Source: the human T2T-CHM13v2.0 reference genome, Homo sapiens. Taken from it: a DNA stretch of 64,000 nt. The notes under the pieces were generated by a model. That model worked only from the letters and a program-made list of their open reading frames with translations. It was not told the origin of the DNA and ran no database searches. The stretch lies in the NCBI RefSeq assembly GCF_009914755.1, contig NC_060939.1; one strand, 5' to 3'. How positions within the stretch are numbered: the stretch's first letter is position 1; each line of letters opens with the position of its first letter. This document shows positions 1 to 13,104 of the stretch, piece by piece. The translations under genes were made by a program, and so were the position numbers.

Positions 1-300
1 CCGCAGCTCCCAGCATCACACTGTCACATAGCAGTGTCCAGAAGCAGGAAGCAAGATGTCCCTTCTTGATGTAACTTTTTAGAAGCAAGAGGCACTTTTC
101 CAGAAGCCCCAGTAGGCTCTCTGCCTTCTGGCCAGAATGGCATCCTGTAGCCTCTCCTGACCCACCACTGGCTGGCTTGGACTGAGCACCTTTTACTCTC
201 TAGGCTGGAGAGGAGTCCTGCACTGTCCTGCAGGACCTGGCAACCCAGCCTGGGTTCTGCTAGCAAGAAGGGAGCAGAGGGGATGGCTACTTGGATTGGC
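1..300 (-). mobile_element. MLT1 (ERVL-MaLR) LTR fragment
   Basis: Resembles the reverse complement of MLT1J/K (ttttccagaagcccc...tggccagaa); recognised from memory. Confidence 0.55.
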
Positions 301-670
301 AATGTCTGCCTCTGGCCTCAAAAGTGCCTCCGGGAGGTAGGGCACAGGCTTGTACTAATTTCCGGTGGGAAGCTGCCAAGAGGGTGGGTGTCTAGCCCAA
401 GGTCACACAGCTACAGCAGAGCAGGGTCAGCTCTTGACCTCTGACTGGATCTCCTGCTCTATCCTAATATGTCCTTCTGGTAATATGTCCTAGGGCACAC
501 AGCCAGGGCAAGGAAGCAAGGCCCCAGCCCTGCCACCAGGGGTAGGGCCCCCAAAGCAGGGTGGGGAATGACCATGCTCCTCCCAGACACCCCTGACAGG
601 TGGAGAAATCCTTTCTAAGAAACACAGACATTACTTTGTTAATAAAATTCTGCCAATCAGCCATAGGTGC

Positions 671-940
671 ATGCCACACCCTCCTTGCATTTATTCCCCG
701 CCCTCCTTGCATTTATGCCCCACCCTCCTTGCATTTATGCCCCACCCTCCTTGCATTTATGCCCCACCCTCCCTGCATCCATGCCCCACCCTCCCTGCAT
801 CCATGCCCCACCCTCCCAGCATCCATGCCCCACCTCCCTGCGTCCATGCCCCACCTCCCTGCGTCCATGCCCCACCTCCCTGCGTCCATGCCCCACCTCC
901 CTGCATCCATGCCCCACCTCCCTGCATCCATGCCCCACCT
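671..940. repeat. Minisatellite/VNTR, ~12.5 copies of a 21-22 bp unit ATGCCCCAC(C)CTCCYTGCRTYY
   Basis: Units start at 671, 693, 715, 737, 759, 781, 803, 825, 846, 867, 888, 909 and 930. Confidence 0.95.
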
Positions 941-2569
941 GCACTGGCCTGGAATCCTTTTCAGCTCTGGCTGCAGCAAGCAGGACAGTGTAAATTTTCC
1001 CCCGTTACATTAACATCCGACCAAGCAGTCATTAAGAGAGTCACAATCAGTTTTTCCAGAATGATTGCTATTGCACACGGAACTTAATGGAATCACATGG
1101 TCATTTGAAAAGAAAGATGCGGGGAGGGGTGGTGGTAGCAAAAGGAGGAAGGTTGCCCCTCCCGTGGCGATTGCCAAGCGCCGGATGGGATCTCATGGTA
1201 TTCTGACTGGTTAATCACCCAGCAGAATGGGGACTGAGGCTTATTAGGCAAATGAAACATGATGGATGTTGTATTTCAACAGTGGAATTGGGAGGGAAGG
1301 CAGGCAGGGCCTTGCAGCGAATGCTGGGTAAGCATGGTCAGGAGGAGCCAGGTTCTGGCATGTGGGCAAGTGGGGAAGGCCCCTGGGGGACCCCAACATG
1401 TAGGAAAAACAGGTTCAAGGGGCTGTTTGAAGCAGGAATTGCAGGCTCAACTGACAACAGAAACAGCTTTCTTTTATTAAACTGGAAACCTGTCCAAAGT
1501 TACCTTGTGCCCACTGAGACCATGTCTCCAGAAGGCAAGAGCTAAAGCAGATTGGGGCCAGCACACACTTTCTGTGTCTCCAGGGAAGCCCCTTATGGGG
1601 CTCTTTACTCTGCAGAAGGGAGCACCTGCTGGAGGTGCATGGCAGAAGGAAGGGCAGCTGTGGGCTGCAGTGAGCTGGGTGGACAAGGGGCACGGGTGCT
1701 GTGGCCATGGTCTCTTTCGTCTCGCTCTCCCTGGAGCCTAGGAGGAAGCTATGACTCCAAGGCCTTGCAGAGAGGAGGCTCAACTGTAGCTTGCAAGATC
1801 CTGTTCTGGGCACTGGGAATTTCCTCATAGGTGGCTGGAGGAGCACATTTTCCCAGGGTTTGGGAGAAGGTGGCAGGAAGTCCCCGGGGAAAAGAAGCTG
1901 GTCAATTCAGCTCCAGCTGTCCTTGAGTGCTACAGGCCCCGGGTCCCCTCACCAAATCTGCCCCCAAGACCCTGCCAAGTACAGTGGCTATATGAGGTAG
2001 AATTGTTATTACCCTCATCCACAGGGATGATGAAATGCAGGCTCAAGCAGGTCAGGGACTGGCTTAGGGTCCGGTTGCAAGTGAGCTTGGGCAGAGCCAG
2101 AAACGGACCCAACTAAGCTTGACTCCATCTTGGGCACAGATGGCAGGGCACCTTAGGAGGCTCCTAGGGGAACAGTTCTCATTGAGTTCACCTTTTTTTC
2201 TCCAAGTCTCCTTGGGGAGCTGATTGCCCATCCAAGAGGATTCCATGTCTTTTGCTCATGGATGCTGTTGTTCATTCGATGGACCTTCACTGGGCAAGGG
2301 GGTGTGTTCAGCTCTCTGAGGGACAGCACTGAACCAGACACAGGCTCTCGGGAGCCTTGGGAATCTGACCACCTAGGAGGCCTGCAGAGGGGAACACCGT
2401 CAGGTCTGCAGTCAGAGGTCAGGACTTGAGTCTGGGCCCTGCTGTGTACCTGCCATGGCATCCAGGACATGTTCTTTAACTTCTCCAAGCCTAAGTTTCT
2501 CTGTCTGTACAATGAGAATAAAGGGCATTTACTTTTCAGGATTATTGAAAGAATTGAAAGAGAGAGCTC

Positions 2570-2860
2570 AGGGCAATAATACCTTATTCAAACTCCTTGA
2601 GGCCGGGAGTGTTTCAAGATTTAGAATACTTTTTGGATTTCAGAAATGGAATATGGTGGATATGCCACAATTTTGTCACCCCAGCATGATCTGGGACAGT
2701 GTCCTGTAATCAAACTCACTAACACTTCTGCAGGGAAACTAATGAATATTCACAGTCCATGGGATAAATAAAGACTTAAAATAGTTGCCAAATGAATTTT
2801 CAAAAAGCTTTCTGTGTTCAGAGTGTTTGGGATTTCAGGATTGTGGATAAAGGCTCTGGC
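2570..2860. mobile_element. MER46C-like TcMar-Tigger DNA transposon
   Basis: Motifs gtaatcaaac...aatattcaca...gggataaataaagact...ggattgtggataa. Confidence 0.7.
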
Positions 2861-3270
2861 TAGTAATGATAATGGTAGTGACTATTTGCTGAGCATTTAC
2901 TGATTTACATGCATTTACTCACTGAATCCTCACAGCAACTCCACGAGAGCAGGGGCTGTCATTATCCCTGTTTCGTAGCAGAGGCTGAGGGCCTAGAGAG
3001 GTTAATTCACTTGCCTATAATCACACAGTTGCTCAGTAGCAGAGCTGAGATTGGACCCAGGCAGTCAGGCTTCAGCATCTGTGTCTTTGTTCAGGTTAGC
3101 AATTCAGGAAGATGGTGGGGCTGCTGGCAGGACCTCAGACGGCACCTAGCTAGCCTTCCTGATGCGACAGAGTGTGATGAGGAAGTGTGACTCTCCAGGT
3201 CCCCTGCCTTCTTTGCACCAGGGCCTGGGAATAGAGCCATGTTCCTAGGCTCCCAATCTAGTGTGCTATT

Positions 3271-3293
3271 ACACACACACACACACACACACA
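3271..3293. repeat. (AC)11 microsatellite
   Basis: Read directly. Confidence 0.95.
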
Positions 3294-4209
3294 ACCTCTC
3301 AGCCTCCACCTCCCCAGCACTACCAGAAGCCAGAAAAACATGTTTGGCCAGACTGAGGTGCTGGGAAGGAGAGCATGACATTCACAGCACTCAGCCTCCT
3401 TCTGCCTCTTCTTCCCCCTGAGTGACACCCCCTCCTCTCCTGAGGCCCTCAGCACCCTCCTTCTGAGCAAGGGGGCAGTAGCTTCAAGGGGATGTCCCTG
3501 TGCAGTAGAGCCCTCTTGGGTTGCACTTGATCATAAATACACAGATTGAGGCTAGGGAAGGCCCCAGAACACTAGACTTGGAGTCAGATAGGTCTGGATT
3601 TCAATGCCTGCTTCTTTTCTCATGGGGCAAATGGTCTTCAACCAGTGATTCCAGCTCCCTGAGGCCAGCAAAGTAACAGTTACTATCAAGTACTTGATAG
3701 TTAACATAAGGCCTGATGGGTTCCCAAGGACAGCTTCCCTCCAGACTCCAGGGAGAGCGAGGCTGGCTGGCCTAGACCAGGGCTGCAGCTCCTGTGGCTC
3801 CCGCAGTTCACGGCAGCCCACTGCCCTCCCTCCTGAACAGATGAGCACCCCCGGCATGGCCGGGCTCCCTTCTATGGAGGAAATAGCTCCATGAGGAAGG
3901 GCTCCCTGGGGAAACAGAAGTGTGTGGTGTCCCCGGACTGCTTTAAGTCTTGCCATGTGGAGACATGGATGTGATGGGCACTGTCATTTTCCTCATCCGC
4001 AAGCTTTTATCGCGGGACCTCTCAGGCAACTGACCAATTGGTGCTCCCCAGAAAGCTGAGCGGCTGGGCCTTGGGGCCACCCCACCCACATTCTCTCATG
4101 TGATGAGGGGCACTCAGGGCGTGAAGCCCTGGGAAGTGGGGTTCTAGTCTTCCGTCTGTCAAGAGAAAGATCACTCCCAGGCAGGATGATGTGGCTCATG
4201 GCACAGATT

Positions 4210-4400
4210 CATGAGTCAGGAACCTGAGTCTGAACTTTAATCCCACCGTTTCTAGCTTTGCGACCCTGTTTATCTCTCTGAAACTTCATTTCTTCATCTA
4301 TAAAATGGGGATGATAATACCTGTTACTTCAAAGGGCTGTTGTGAGGATTAAACAAGGTAGTTAGTTCAAACAAGGATTAGCTGAGCCCCTGGCTCAGCT
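4210..4400 (+). mobile_element. MIR SINE
   Basis: MIR core ttcttcatctataaaatggggatgataatac...gttgtgaggattaaa. Confidence 0.75.
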
Positions 4401-6344
4401 AAGTGCTTTCAGGGGAGTCCTGAGCAGACAGACATGGCCCTGGCCTCACAGGCCTTACAGTCTCGTAGGTGAGTTGATGATCAAAGTGGAAAATAAAACA
4501 AAATATGAGGTCTTGGCTTAAAAAATAGTTCTTATCATCCTCCTTTGAGTGTGGCTATGCTTAGTTAACATGAATGTATTAAAGCATTACCATGTATCAG
4601 TATTTATTATTTATTTGTGGGCTACTAAGAGACTTATGTAAATAGAGAGATTTTATGTAAATAAACATAATGCATATGTATAGATGCATAGCCTCAGTGG
4701 ACCCTCGTAAAGATTCTATGTAGCGGGTATTTTCCCCATTCCTCAGGTAAAGAGAGCAAGGCTTAGGGAGGTGAAGCGATTCTCCCATGGCTCCACAGCA
4801 AGGAAGGGGTGGAAGAGAGACTTGAACCTGAGTTAGTGTGCCCCAAGGACCCGTGTTCTTATTCACAGGGTGACCACCTCCCTGTTAGCTCAGAGGCCAT
4901 GGGGTATGTGAAATGGCTTCTTGCAAATTACAAGGGCCAGGCAAGTATAAGGGATTATTATGGCTCCATTCCCTGCATCACATCTGGTCCCTTGAACATG
5001 GGCAACTAAGCCCAGGATGGGAGCCAGGGAGACAAGGACATGGGGATTCCAGAGAAGGAATTGGCTCCCCTTGCCATTTGGGGGACACTTGGTGAGTGGA
5101 GGTGGCATCCCCCTGGTTAATGCTTCTTTGGGGTTTCTTGGAGCTGCTCAGCCCAAAGGGAAACATCTCTGGAGAGCTTATATTGTCCTTGGGAGGGCCG
5201 TTAGCTGGTCACTGTCTCCACTGTGCAAAGCCAGCTCCATTCTAGAGAATCCCCTAAGCCCTGGATCTGCCAGCTGGGAGGCCTGGGCTTTAGTGACAGA
5301 CATACTTGGTCCTGAATCCCAGCTCAGTGTTTCCTAATTGTGTGACCTCAGGCAAGCCATCCAAACTCTCAGAGGCTCCACTTCCTTATCTGCAAGGTAG
5401 GGAAAAAGTCCTGTCTGCAGAGCTGTCTTCAGAATTGAAGAGAACATCTGCAAAGCACCCAGGACGGTGCTGGCACAGAGTTGACCCTCCGTAGATGGTA
5501 CGAGATGAAGAAGAGGGGCCCGGTGGGCAGAGAGATGTCATGGCTGGTAATGCCAGTCTGTGCTGCAAGAAGCAGGGATGACATTGAATCCAGCCAATTA
5601 GGAGAATTTCTCATAAAAATTTAATTCTTCAGTAAAATAATAGTGTAAAATGAAATAGGTGAAGCATTTTTAAACTGTAAATTAATGATCTATAGTTATA
5701 GCCATAATAATAATAATAGCTACCAATTACAGAATACGGAAGGCCAAATCTGGGCCAGGAGCTAAACACGTTGCAGGCTCCCCGCTTTCTGAGATAAAGA
5801 TGCTTTGCTGCATTTCGCAGGCCAGGAGACCGGGGTTCAGCAAGGCCAGTGGTGTGCCCAGCACCCTGCAGACACTGGGTAGCAAAACTATAGCTTCTCA
5901 CTCCTGTGTCATCCTCTGTCCTGTGTTCAGGCCTTTTCAAATACACTTAGAGCAAATGTAAAGAAAAAACGGAACGAGAGCCACCTCTCTTTCAGTGTAT
6001 GTGTCTCCAATTCAAGGTTAAATGGAATTTAATCTTCCCTCTCCAGACTTCTGTTTCCTGGTGCCAGCTCTGCTTCCAGGCCAGGAACACCTTATGAGCC
6101 AGGCATACCCTCGGGCCCCTGCCTGCAGCCCTTTGAGAAAGGCAGTTAAAGCCCCCCAGGTTTTTCTCCTGCATCTTTGTGTGGTGAGAAACTGATAATC
6201 CAGACTTCACATCGGTTCCCCTCAAGACTTTCCTGTCTTCAGAGACAGTCTGCTCTCAGGGGACCCTTTGGAACCTTCTCTAAAGTCACCCCCACTGCTA
6301 CTGACTCCTCTTCAGGGTTAGAAACAGACAAGATGCTGCTGTCT

Positions 6345-6582
6345 GGAGTGTAGTTGAATTCGTGAGCACTGGAGTCAGGCTACCAGGTTCAAACCCTGAC
6401 TTGGCAGTTACTGTGTGGCCTTGGGAGAGGCACTCAACCTCTCATTTATAAAATGAGGTTGATAATAATATCACCTACCTTCTAGGATTTTTGTGACATT
6501 AAACAAATTAACACATGCAAACACTTAGAGCACTGTCTAGCACCTTGTAAGTACTCAAGAGCTATTAGCTACTATCATTATT
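6345..6582 (+). mobile_element. MIR SINE, near full length
   Basis: ctggagtcag...ggttcaaacc...tgtggccttggg...aaaatgagg...tattagctact. Confidence 0.8.
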
Positions 6583-6866
6583 TTCTATGCCCTAAATGTT
6601 CATTTCCTATCCATGGCCATAATGATTTCTGCTCAATAACAAAGATAAGAAGCAGGATAGCTCTCATTTAGAAAGTTGTACACAGCAATAAACTCTTCCA
6701 GTGCACCAGCTCCTCAAAGTGCAAAGCACAGTGAATGGCACATAGTAGGTGCTCAGTAAATGTCAAGATCCCTAAGCACGCAGATCACCCAAATTACTTT
6801 TTTACTCAGTTAACTTTTAACCCCTCTTTGTTTTTTAAGCATATATATGCCTTATATATATATATA

Positions 6867-6993
6867 CAGGGTCTCTAATATATATCTAATATGTTGCCCA
6901 GGCTGATCTCGAATTCCTAGGCTCAAGTGACTCTCTCCTACCTCAACCTCCCAAAATGCTGGGATTACAGGCTTGAGTCACCTTTCCCAGACT
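6867..6993 (-). mobile_element. FLAM / Alu monomer
   Basis: atgttgcccaggctg...ctcccaaaatgctgggattacaggc; (TA)-rich tail. Confidence 0.85.
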
Positions 6994-9900
6994 AACTGTA
7001 ATTCAAATTGCCCTCAACAGTGTGTTTCTTAAAGAAAACAATTTTTTTTTCTGTGTGTTTTAAAATGGACCGAATCATTTTACAGGTCACTCAATGATGG
7101 ACTGCCATCTTCCAGGGTTGCCTTTCTTTGTGAACCTCCCGTTGCCTTTATTCCAAACCTCAAGGCTCACATGCCCCATATCCAGCCAGCCCCCAAATCC
7201 TGTTGATTTTCCTTAAATGGCCCTCTTTCCCAGGCCTTGCTCATGGCTTCTGTTCAGCATTTTTGTTACTCCTGAACTGTGACAGTTCCCTCTAGATCCT
7301 CCCCTTCCCAGTCAATCCCATGTCATAAATCTCCCCTTTCTAGGGATCCATCATGGGCCGCCCCTGTGCTGCCCCACCCTGTTCCTAGCCCTGTCAGGCT
7401 ATCTTTCCGACACAACCTTATTCTGGGCAGCTTTTCTTGCTTGCCCAGCTCATTTGAAAACTCTTGAAGGAGACATCACATTTTAGGTGCCGCATGGATT
7501 TTCCAGTACATTCACATCTAACATAGAGTGAGCACAAAAAGAGGCCTGCAACACACACTTCCCAGTGACCAGTGGAGTGGTTAGAGCCATGCTTTCAAAT
7601 CCAGTTGAGCTGGCCCTGTTTGTAGTTTGAGAAATATTCTGGGGCCCGATTTGCCAGTCTGAGTAACTAGGTGTGGCACCAAGTGTCGGCAGCTAATTGC
7701 TTTTAACCATTATTAATAGGTCTGCACTAATTATCTCTTGCACATAGGCAAGATTTTACAGATGAGAGAGGGAGGGAGAGGAGGAGTAAAGGGATGTGCC
7801 CAAGGCTACGAGGTGAGTGGATTGTCAGCATGGGGGCTAGAACCCAGGGATTTGCAGTCCTAGGTCAGGGGGTGCCTCCAGGTAGGGGTGGGGTGGAGAG
7901 GGGTGGTTTTGGGGGCTGCAGGGCTGGGACCGGGGAGAACAGCTCTGCGCAGGTTGGTGAAGCTACCGTCTTGCCTTCCCCCTCCCCCCACTCCCAGAAT
8001 GCAATCTACCGAAACCTCTTATTAAAAGTATCCTGGGGGTGATAAAAGTGTCACTAGAGATTTGCTCATTTTCTAAACTGTCATTAAAAAGAAATTTATG
8101 GTCAGGGGAAATATAGGCAGTGGAGGGTGGAGTGTGGGCAGGGAGAGAGGGAGGATGATTTCAAATCAGTCCCTTAATAAATTAAAGATGCTCACTTGCA
8201 AGAGGGGCTTGGAAAAGGAAATTGCTAGAAACTCATGGCTTTCTCCATTCCAGCTGGCCGGTGTCCTCCTCCTGCACTCTTCCTCTCAACTACACTCCCA
8301 TTCACACCCACCCCTCCCCTCCTGACAAATCCACAGGGCAAATGCTTCCTCCCTGCGGGCCCACCCCATCCCGTCCTCCTCCAGGAAGGCCTCCAGTTCC
8401 CCTCCCTGAGGCTTCCACAGCCCCACTGTCTGAATATTAGATAGACTATGTCTCACCCCCACTATACTGTAAGATCTTTGAAGGTAGGAGTCTTGCCTCG
8501 AACTATTGCATGAATCTTAATCAAGGGAGGTGGAGGTGATCTCATTCCCTTAAATTATTAGGAAATGTTAACCGAGAAAAGGGAATGAAGAACCCAAGGA
8601 GTTCAGACCTCATTTCACACACGAGGAGCCTGAAGCTCGGAGGGGAAATGGAACTCACCTCAGGTCACAGGGGAGCTGTGAGAACCCGCCTCTCCTGGGG
8701 TCCAGCAGTGTGCCCAAGAGCTTACACTCAGAGTCCAACTGTGCCCTCCCCACTCACTGGCTTGGGGAACCTTGAGAAAGTCACCAAGCCTCCTGTGCCT
8801 TGGGCACCAGAGTTGTTGTGGGTATCAGCTGTGACGCTGTTCGTGCTTTGCTCAGTGATATTTTTATTTTGCATCACTTTGTCATTGGCATCATGATGGC
8901 AGGAAGGAAGGCAGGGAAGCTCGAAGCTGTCAGGGCTTCAGTCTTTTGCCTGGACCCTCTTCACCTGCTCAGCAATTGTCCAAGCATCCACTAAGTGCCA
9001 AGTCCTGGGCTAGGCTTGGGAGATACAGAGACCAGCAGGCATGGCCCCAGCCCTAGACACACTTCAGTCTGGTGGGGAAACTACTGCTGCGAATGTGGGG
9101 GTCCCCGATGGCCTGGCTCTCACTCCTTCTGGGTGGGTTGTGGGTTCACATTTCTCCCCCCACTGGACTTTGAGTAGCCCTGCCTCTGGCTTTGGCCAAG
9201 CAGGACCAGCCCAGAAGGAGGCCTCTGGGGAAAGGAAGAGGGTGTGCCTGGCAGGGGTGGGAACAAGGGTGTGGGGAGCTCAGCAGGTGCTGACCACTGA
9301 GAAAGGGAAGTGAGAGAGCAGGTTCAGGCCAGGTTGCAGGCTGGGCCCGTGGGGATGAGGCTCTTAGGTCTGAGCCAGGCCAGCAAGGTGGAATAACCCC
9401 GCCTCCGCCTAATGCAGATGCTCAACTCTTGCCCTGAGTGAGGTTCAGGAAGAGAGGCTGGAGGCAGGGGGCAGTCCATAACAAAAGGCTGAGAGCTGAG
9501 CCTGCCTCAGACCTGCTCTGCTAGCTCCACAAGCTTCCTGCCTGGGCCTCCTTCCCCGGTCGGCTGGGCACGACGCTGTCCTCTGCTTCCTACCCTCCGA
9601 ACTGAGGATCAGCTGAAGGCAGTCAAGGAATGAGCACTCTCTGAATGAAAAGAGCACATTTCAGAACCTCATGGAAGCCTTTTAGTGCACATGCCATGAG
9701 GCCTGGGTGGGGAGGGGAGGGAAGAGGAAAGGGAAGAGGATTTGACATCGAGATGGAAAGAGGGAACACAGAACTTCTGTGCACGGCATTTAGAACACAA
9801 ACACTGCATCACTGAACCATGAGGCTGCAATGCAGACAAAAGAAGCCTGGAGAAATCCCAGTGGGTTTCTTGGAGGAGGGGAAGGCTGGTTTGGGCTTCA

Positions 9901-10374
9901 CAAGTTTGGTGCACACAGGGAGAGGGGAGAAAGTAAGGCACAGGCCACAGCGGGAGGGCTTGGGACCATGGGGGCCCTGCAGGTCTGGCCAGGCCATGAG
10001 CAGAGTAGGGGGTGGGAGGCTTCCAGTCTCTAAGGGGCCTGAGGACCCAGGTCCCCGCAGCCCTCCTGACCCCCAGGGGGCCCCTCCAGCCTGTTTGGTG
10101 GGTTGTTTGCCAGCCTCTGCCTGGGAGCCTCGGCCTTCCATCTAGACATCAGGCCAGCCTCCACGTGGAGGCAAAGGACGGCAGATCAAGGATGGGCTGA
10201 CGGGCAGGGGGTGTGATCAGTGGAAAGTTCTGCCTGCACAACAGCACACTGATGCCTCCGGGGCCAGCCTTGTCCTGCGCTCAGGATTTCTCCCAGCCTG
10301 GCTTGGCCTCTGCTTTACTCCGACACTATTTTTATGCCTCGATACCTCACTTTGCATCTGTGGCTCTCTGTTTT

Positions 10375-10378
<4 letters not shown>

Positions 10379-10421
<43 letters not shown>

Positions 10422-10515
10422 TCTCTGCCTCGTTCTGAACATCTCTGTCTGGCTCGCTGTGTCTTGCTTTCCCTGTGTGTCTCTCTCCATCTCTGTCCCT
10501 CTCTCTCTCTCTCCC
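10379..10515. repeat. (TC)17 microsatellite plus degenerate CT-rich tract
   Basis: Read directly. Confidence 0.9.
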
Positions 10516-12073
10516 TCTCAGGACTCCCTGACCCGTTCTGTGTGACTCTGTCCATCTGTGACCTGCCCTCTGTTACCACAGCACTAGCTGACAGATGCTG
10601 AGAGTCTAGGCTGGAGAAGTTTTTCGGGTTCCAGGCAGGCGTCCTGGAGACTTCAGCCTGCAGGGAGTGCGGCTCCTTTTGCTTTAATCTGGGGGGAATC
10701 TGACATTGGTTTCTTTGACCTCCTCTGCCTTTGATCTTTATCTTTGAAACCCTGTGTTGTTAGAATGCGATTGACTTCAGATGTTCTCATCCTCCCCAGA
10801 AAGCTGAGGGAACGCAGGGCAGGGGTCTGGCTGGGTGATCCCCCAACATCACATGGGCAAAGATCCTTCAAGGGCTCTGGGCTTCAGGCTGGACACCTCC
10901 AGCAGGCTGAGAGGCTGTTTGTGAAGCCTGCAAGCTCTCATACAGTGGAGGGCCATGTGGTACATGGGAACACCCGGGGCTTCAGGAAACAGACCTTCCT
11001 GGGTTCTAACCCCAGCCCTGCCATTGCTGCCTGAGTGACTCGGGACAGGTCGTAACTCTGAGTTTCTGTTTTCTCTTCTGGGGTTTCCATTTTCTCACCT
11101 CATGGGGGTAAAACTGAGCATGAGAACTTGATGCACTGATACGTGAAAGTGCCTCATGGATTACTTAGTATGTAGCTAGTGCTCAAAAATGTTCCATTTC
11201 CTCTGCCTTCCTCTTCCCTCTCTCCAAGACTTCATTCAAGTCCAGGCTTCGCTGGAGCAATAGAACATCCCTATAATAATTACAGGGCCTTGCTCATCAT
11301 CCCTGCTTTGCAGGGCACAGAGACATTGATAGATACACCACTCTCACCCCACACCTTGTGCATGACCAGCATGTGGCTATTTTTACAGCATCTCCAGGGC
11401 TTATCAGCCCTCCAGCTCTCCACCCGCATTCATTCACTGAGGCGTCAGGTCATAGCAGGACCCAGAGAGTGTAAATGACAAGCACAAAACCAACAATAAC
11501 AATAAAGTAACCGACTTATACAGCGCTCTTGTGCCTGCAAAGTCTTCCTTCAGACAGACTTTGTTGCTTTTCATGAGACTCCCCAAGAGGTTACAGATAA
11601 GAGGCCAGACCCACCAACAGTGACCTAGCAAGTCAGGGACAGAGCTAGGACTCAACCCCTGGTCTTCTGACTCTCAGACTAGCCTACCGTGTGTCACCAG
11701 CAGGCTTCAAGCACAGCTTTTAGAGACTGCAACTCAGCTGGTGTGTGCTGGGGCCTGTGAATCTGCATTTTAGTAAGCTCTCAAGAATTCTCATGCAGGT
11801 GGTCTCCTCCAATCTGAGAAACATCCCTCCCCAACACGTGGATGAAAGAAAGTGATTCTTGCTCAGTTCTCTCCCTAAAGTGGCAGTAGAGGTTTGGCTG
11901 GTGGTGATGGAACTCTGCCCCTTGCTGTGGGCAATTAGGGTCAAGGGTTGATTAGGCAAGCTGGAGGGAGACTGTTGGGGCCTGGAAATGTGAGTTCTGC
12001 ATCTGGTGCTGGGGTGCCTCTCTGTAATTCACTCTAGGGGGCTCCTTCCCAGGTGAGGAAATAAATTGGGGGT

Positions 12074-12233
12074 CACTGGTTCTCAACCGTGGCTGCACAT
12101 TGAAGTCACCTAGGGGCTTTAAAAAATATTGATGTCTGGAAGCAGCCTGTAGAGATTGTGATGTGATGGGTCTGGGGTGTGGTCTAAAAGCTCCCAGAGG
12201 ATTCTAATGTGGAGTCATGTTTGAGGATCACTG
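12074..12233. mobile_element. MER5B-like hAT-Charlie MITE
   Basis: cactggttctcaa...ggctgcacatt...gattctaatgtg...tttgaggatcactg with imperfect TIRs. Confidence 0.75.
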
Positions 12234-12697
12234 AACCGGGACACTGAGGTCAGTTCTACAAAATTCCAGCCTGTGACTGAGAGCAGATGTGGCACAAGAA
12301 ATGTTGTCTTCATATGTCTGTGTGTCTGTGGGTGTGTGTATAAGTGTGTCCCTGCTTGTGTATGTAAATGTGCCTGTGTGTGTTATGTTTGTGTGTGAGT
12401 CTGCATATGTTGTCTGTGTGTTTTTCTGTGAATGCACCTGAGAGTGTGAGTCTGTGTGTGTGACAGAGAGACCTGGAGGGCAGGGCAGAGGGGATAGGAG
12501 GGGCTGTAGAGGTGAAGAAGGGCTTTCTGGAGACACAAGTACCCTGTTTTTATAGATAGAGCCCAGAGAGGGTAAATGACCAAGCCTGGACCCTAGGCCT
12601 CCACAGCACCAATATCCACAACCCAAGGGTCTAAGATAGGAGGCAGAAAGGAAAATCAGAGCTGGTGTATGGCTCCAGGTTTTGCTGGCTGACATGA

Positions 12698-13104
<407 letters not shown>

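Noticed and set aside
424-440. GGTCA...TGACC palindromes here and at ~58271 as oestrogen response elements
   Set aside because: Spacers are 5 and 2 nt, not the 3 nt required.
600-1087. Overlapping Pro/His/Cys-rich ORFs on both strands; superficially array-like
   Set aside because: Translations of the stop-free minisatellite; no spacers and no gene structure.
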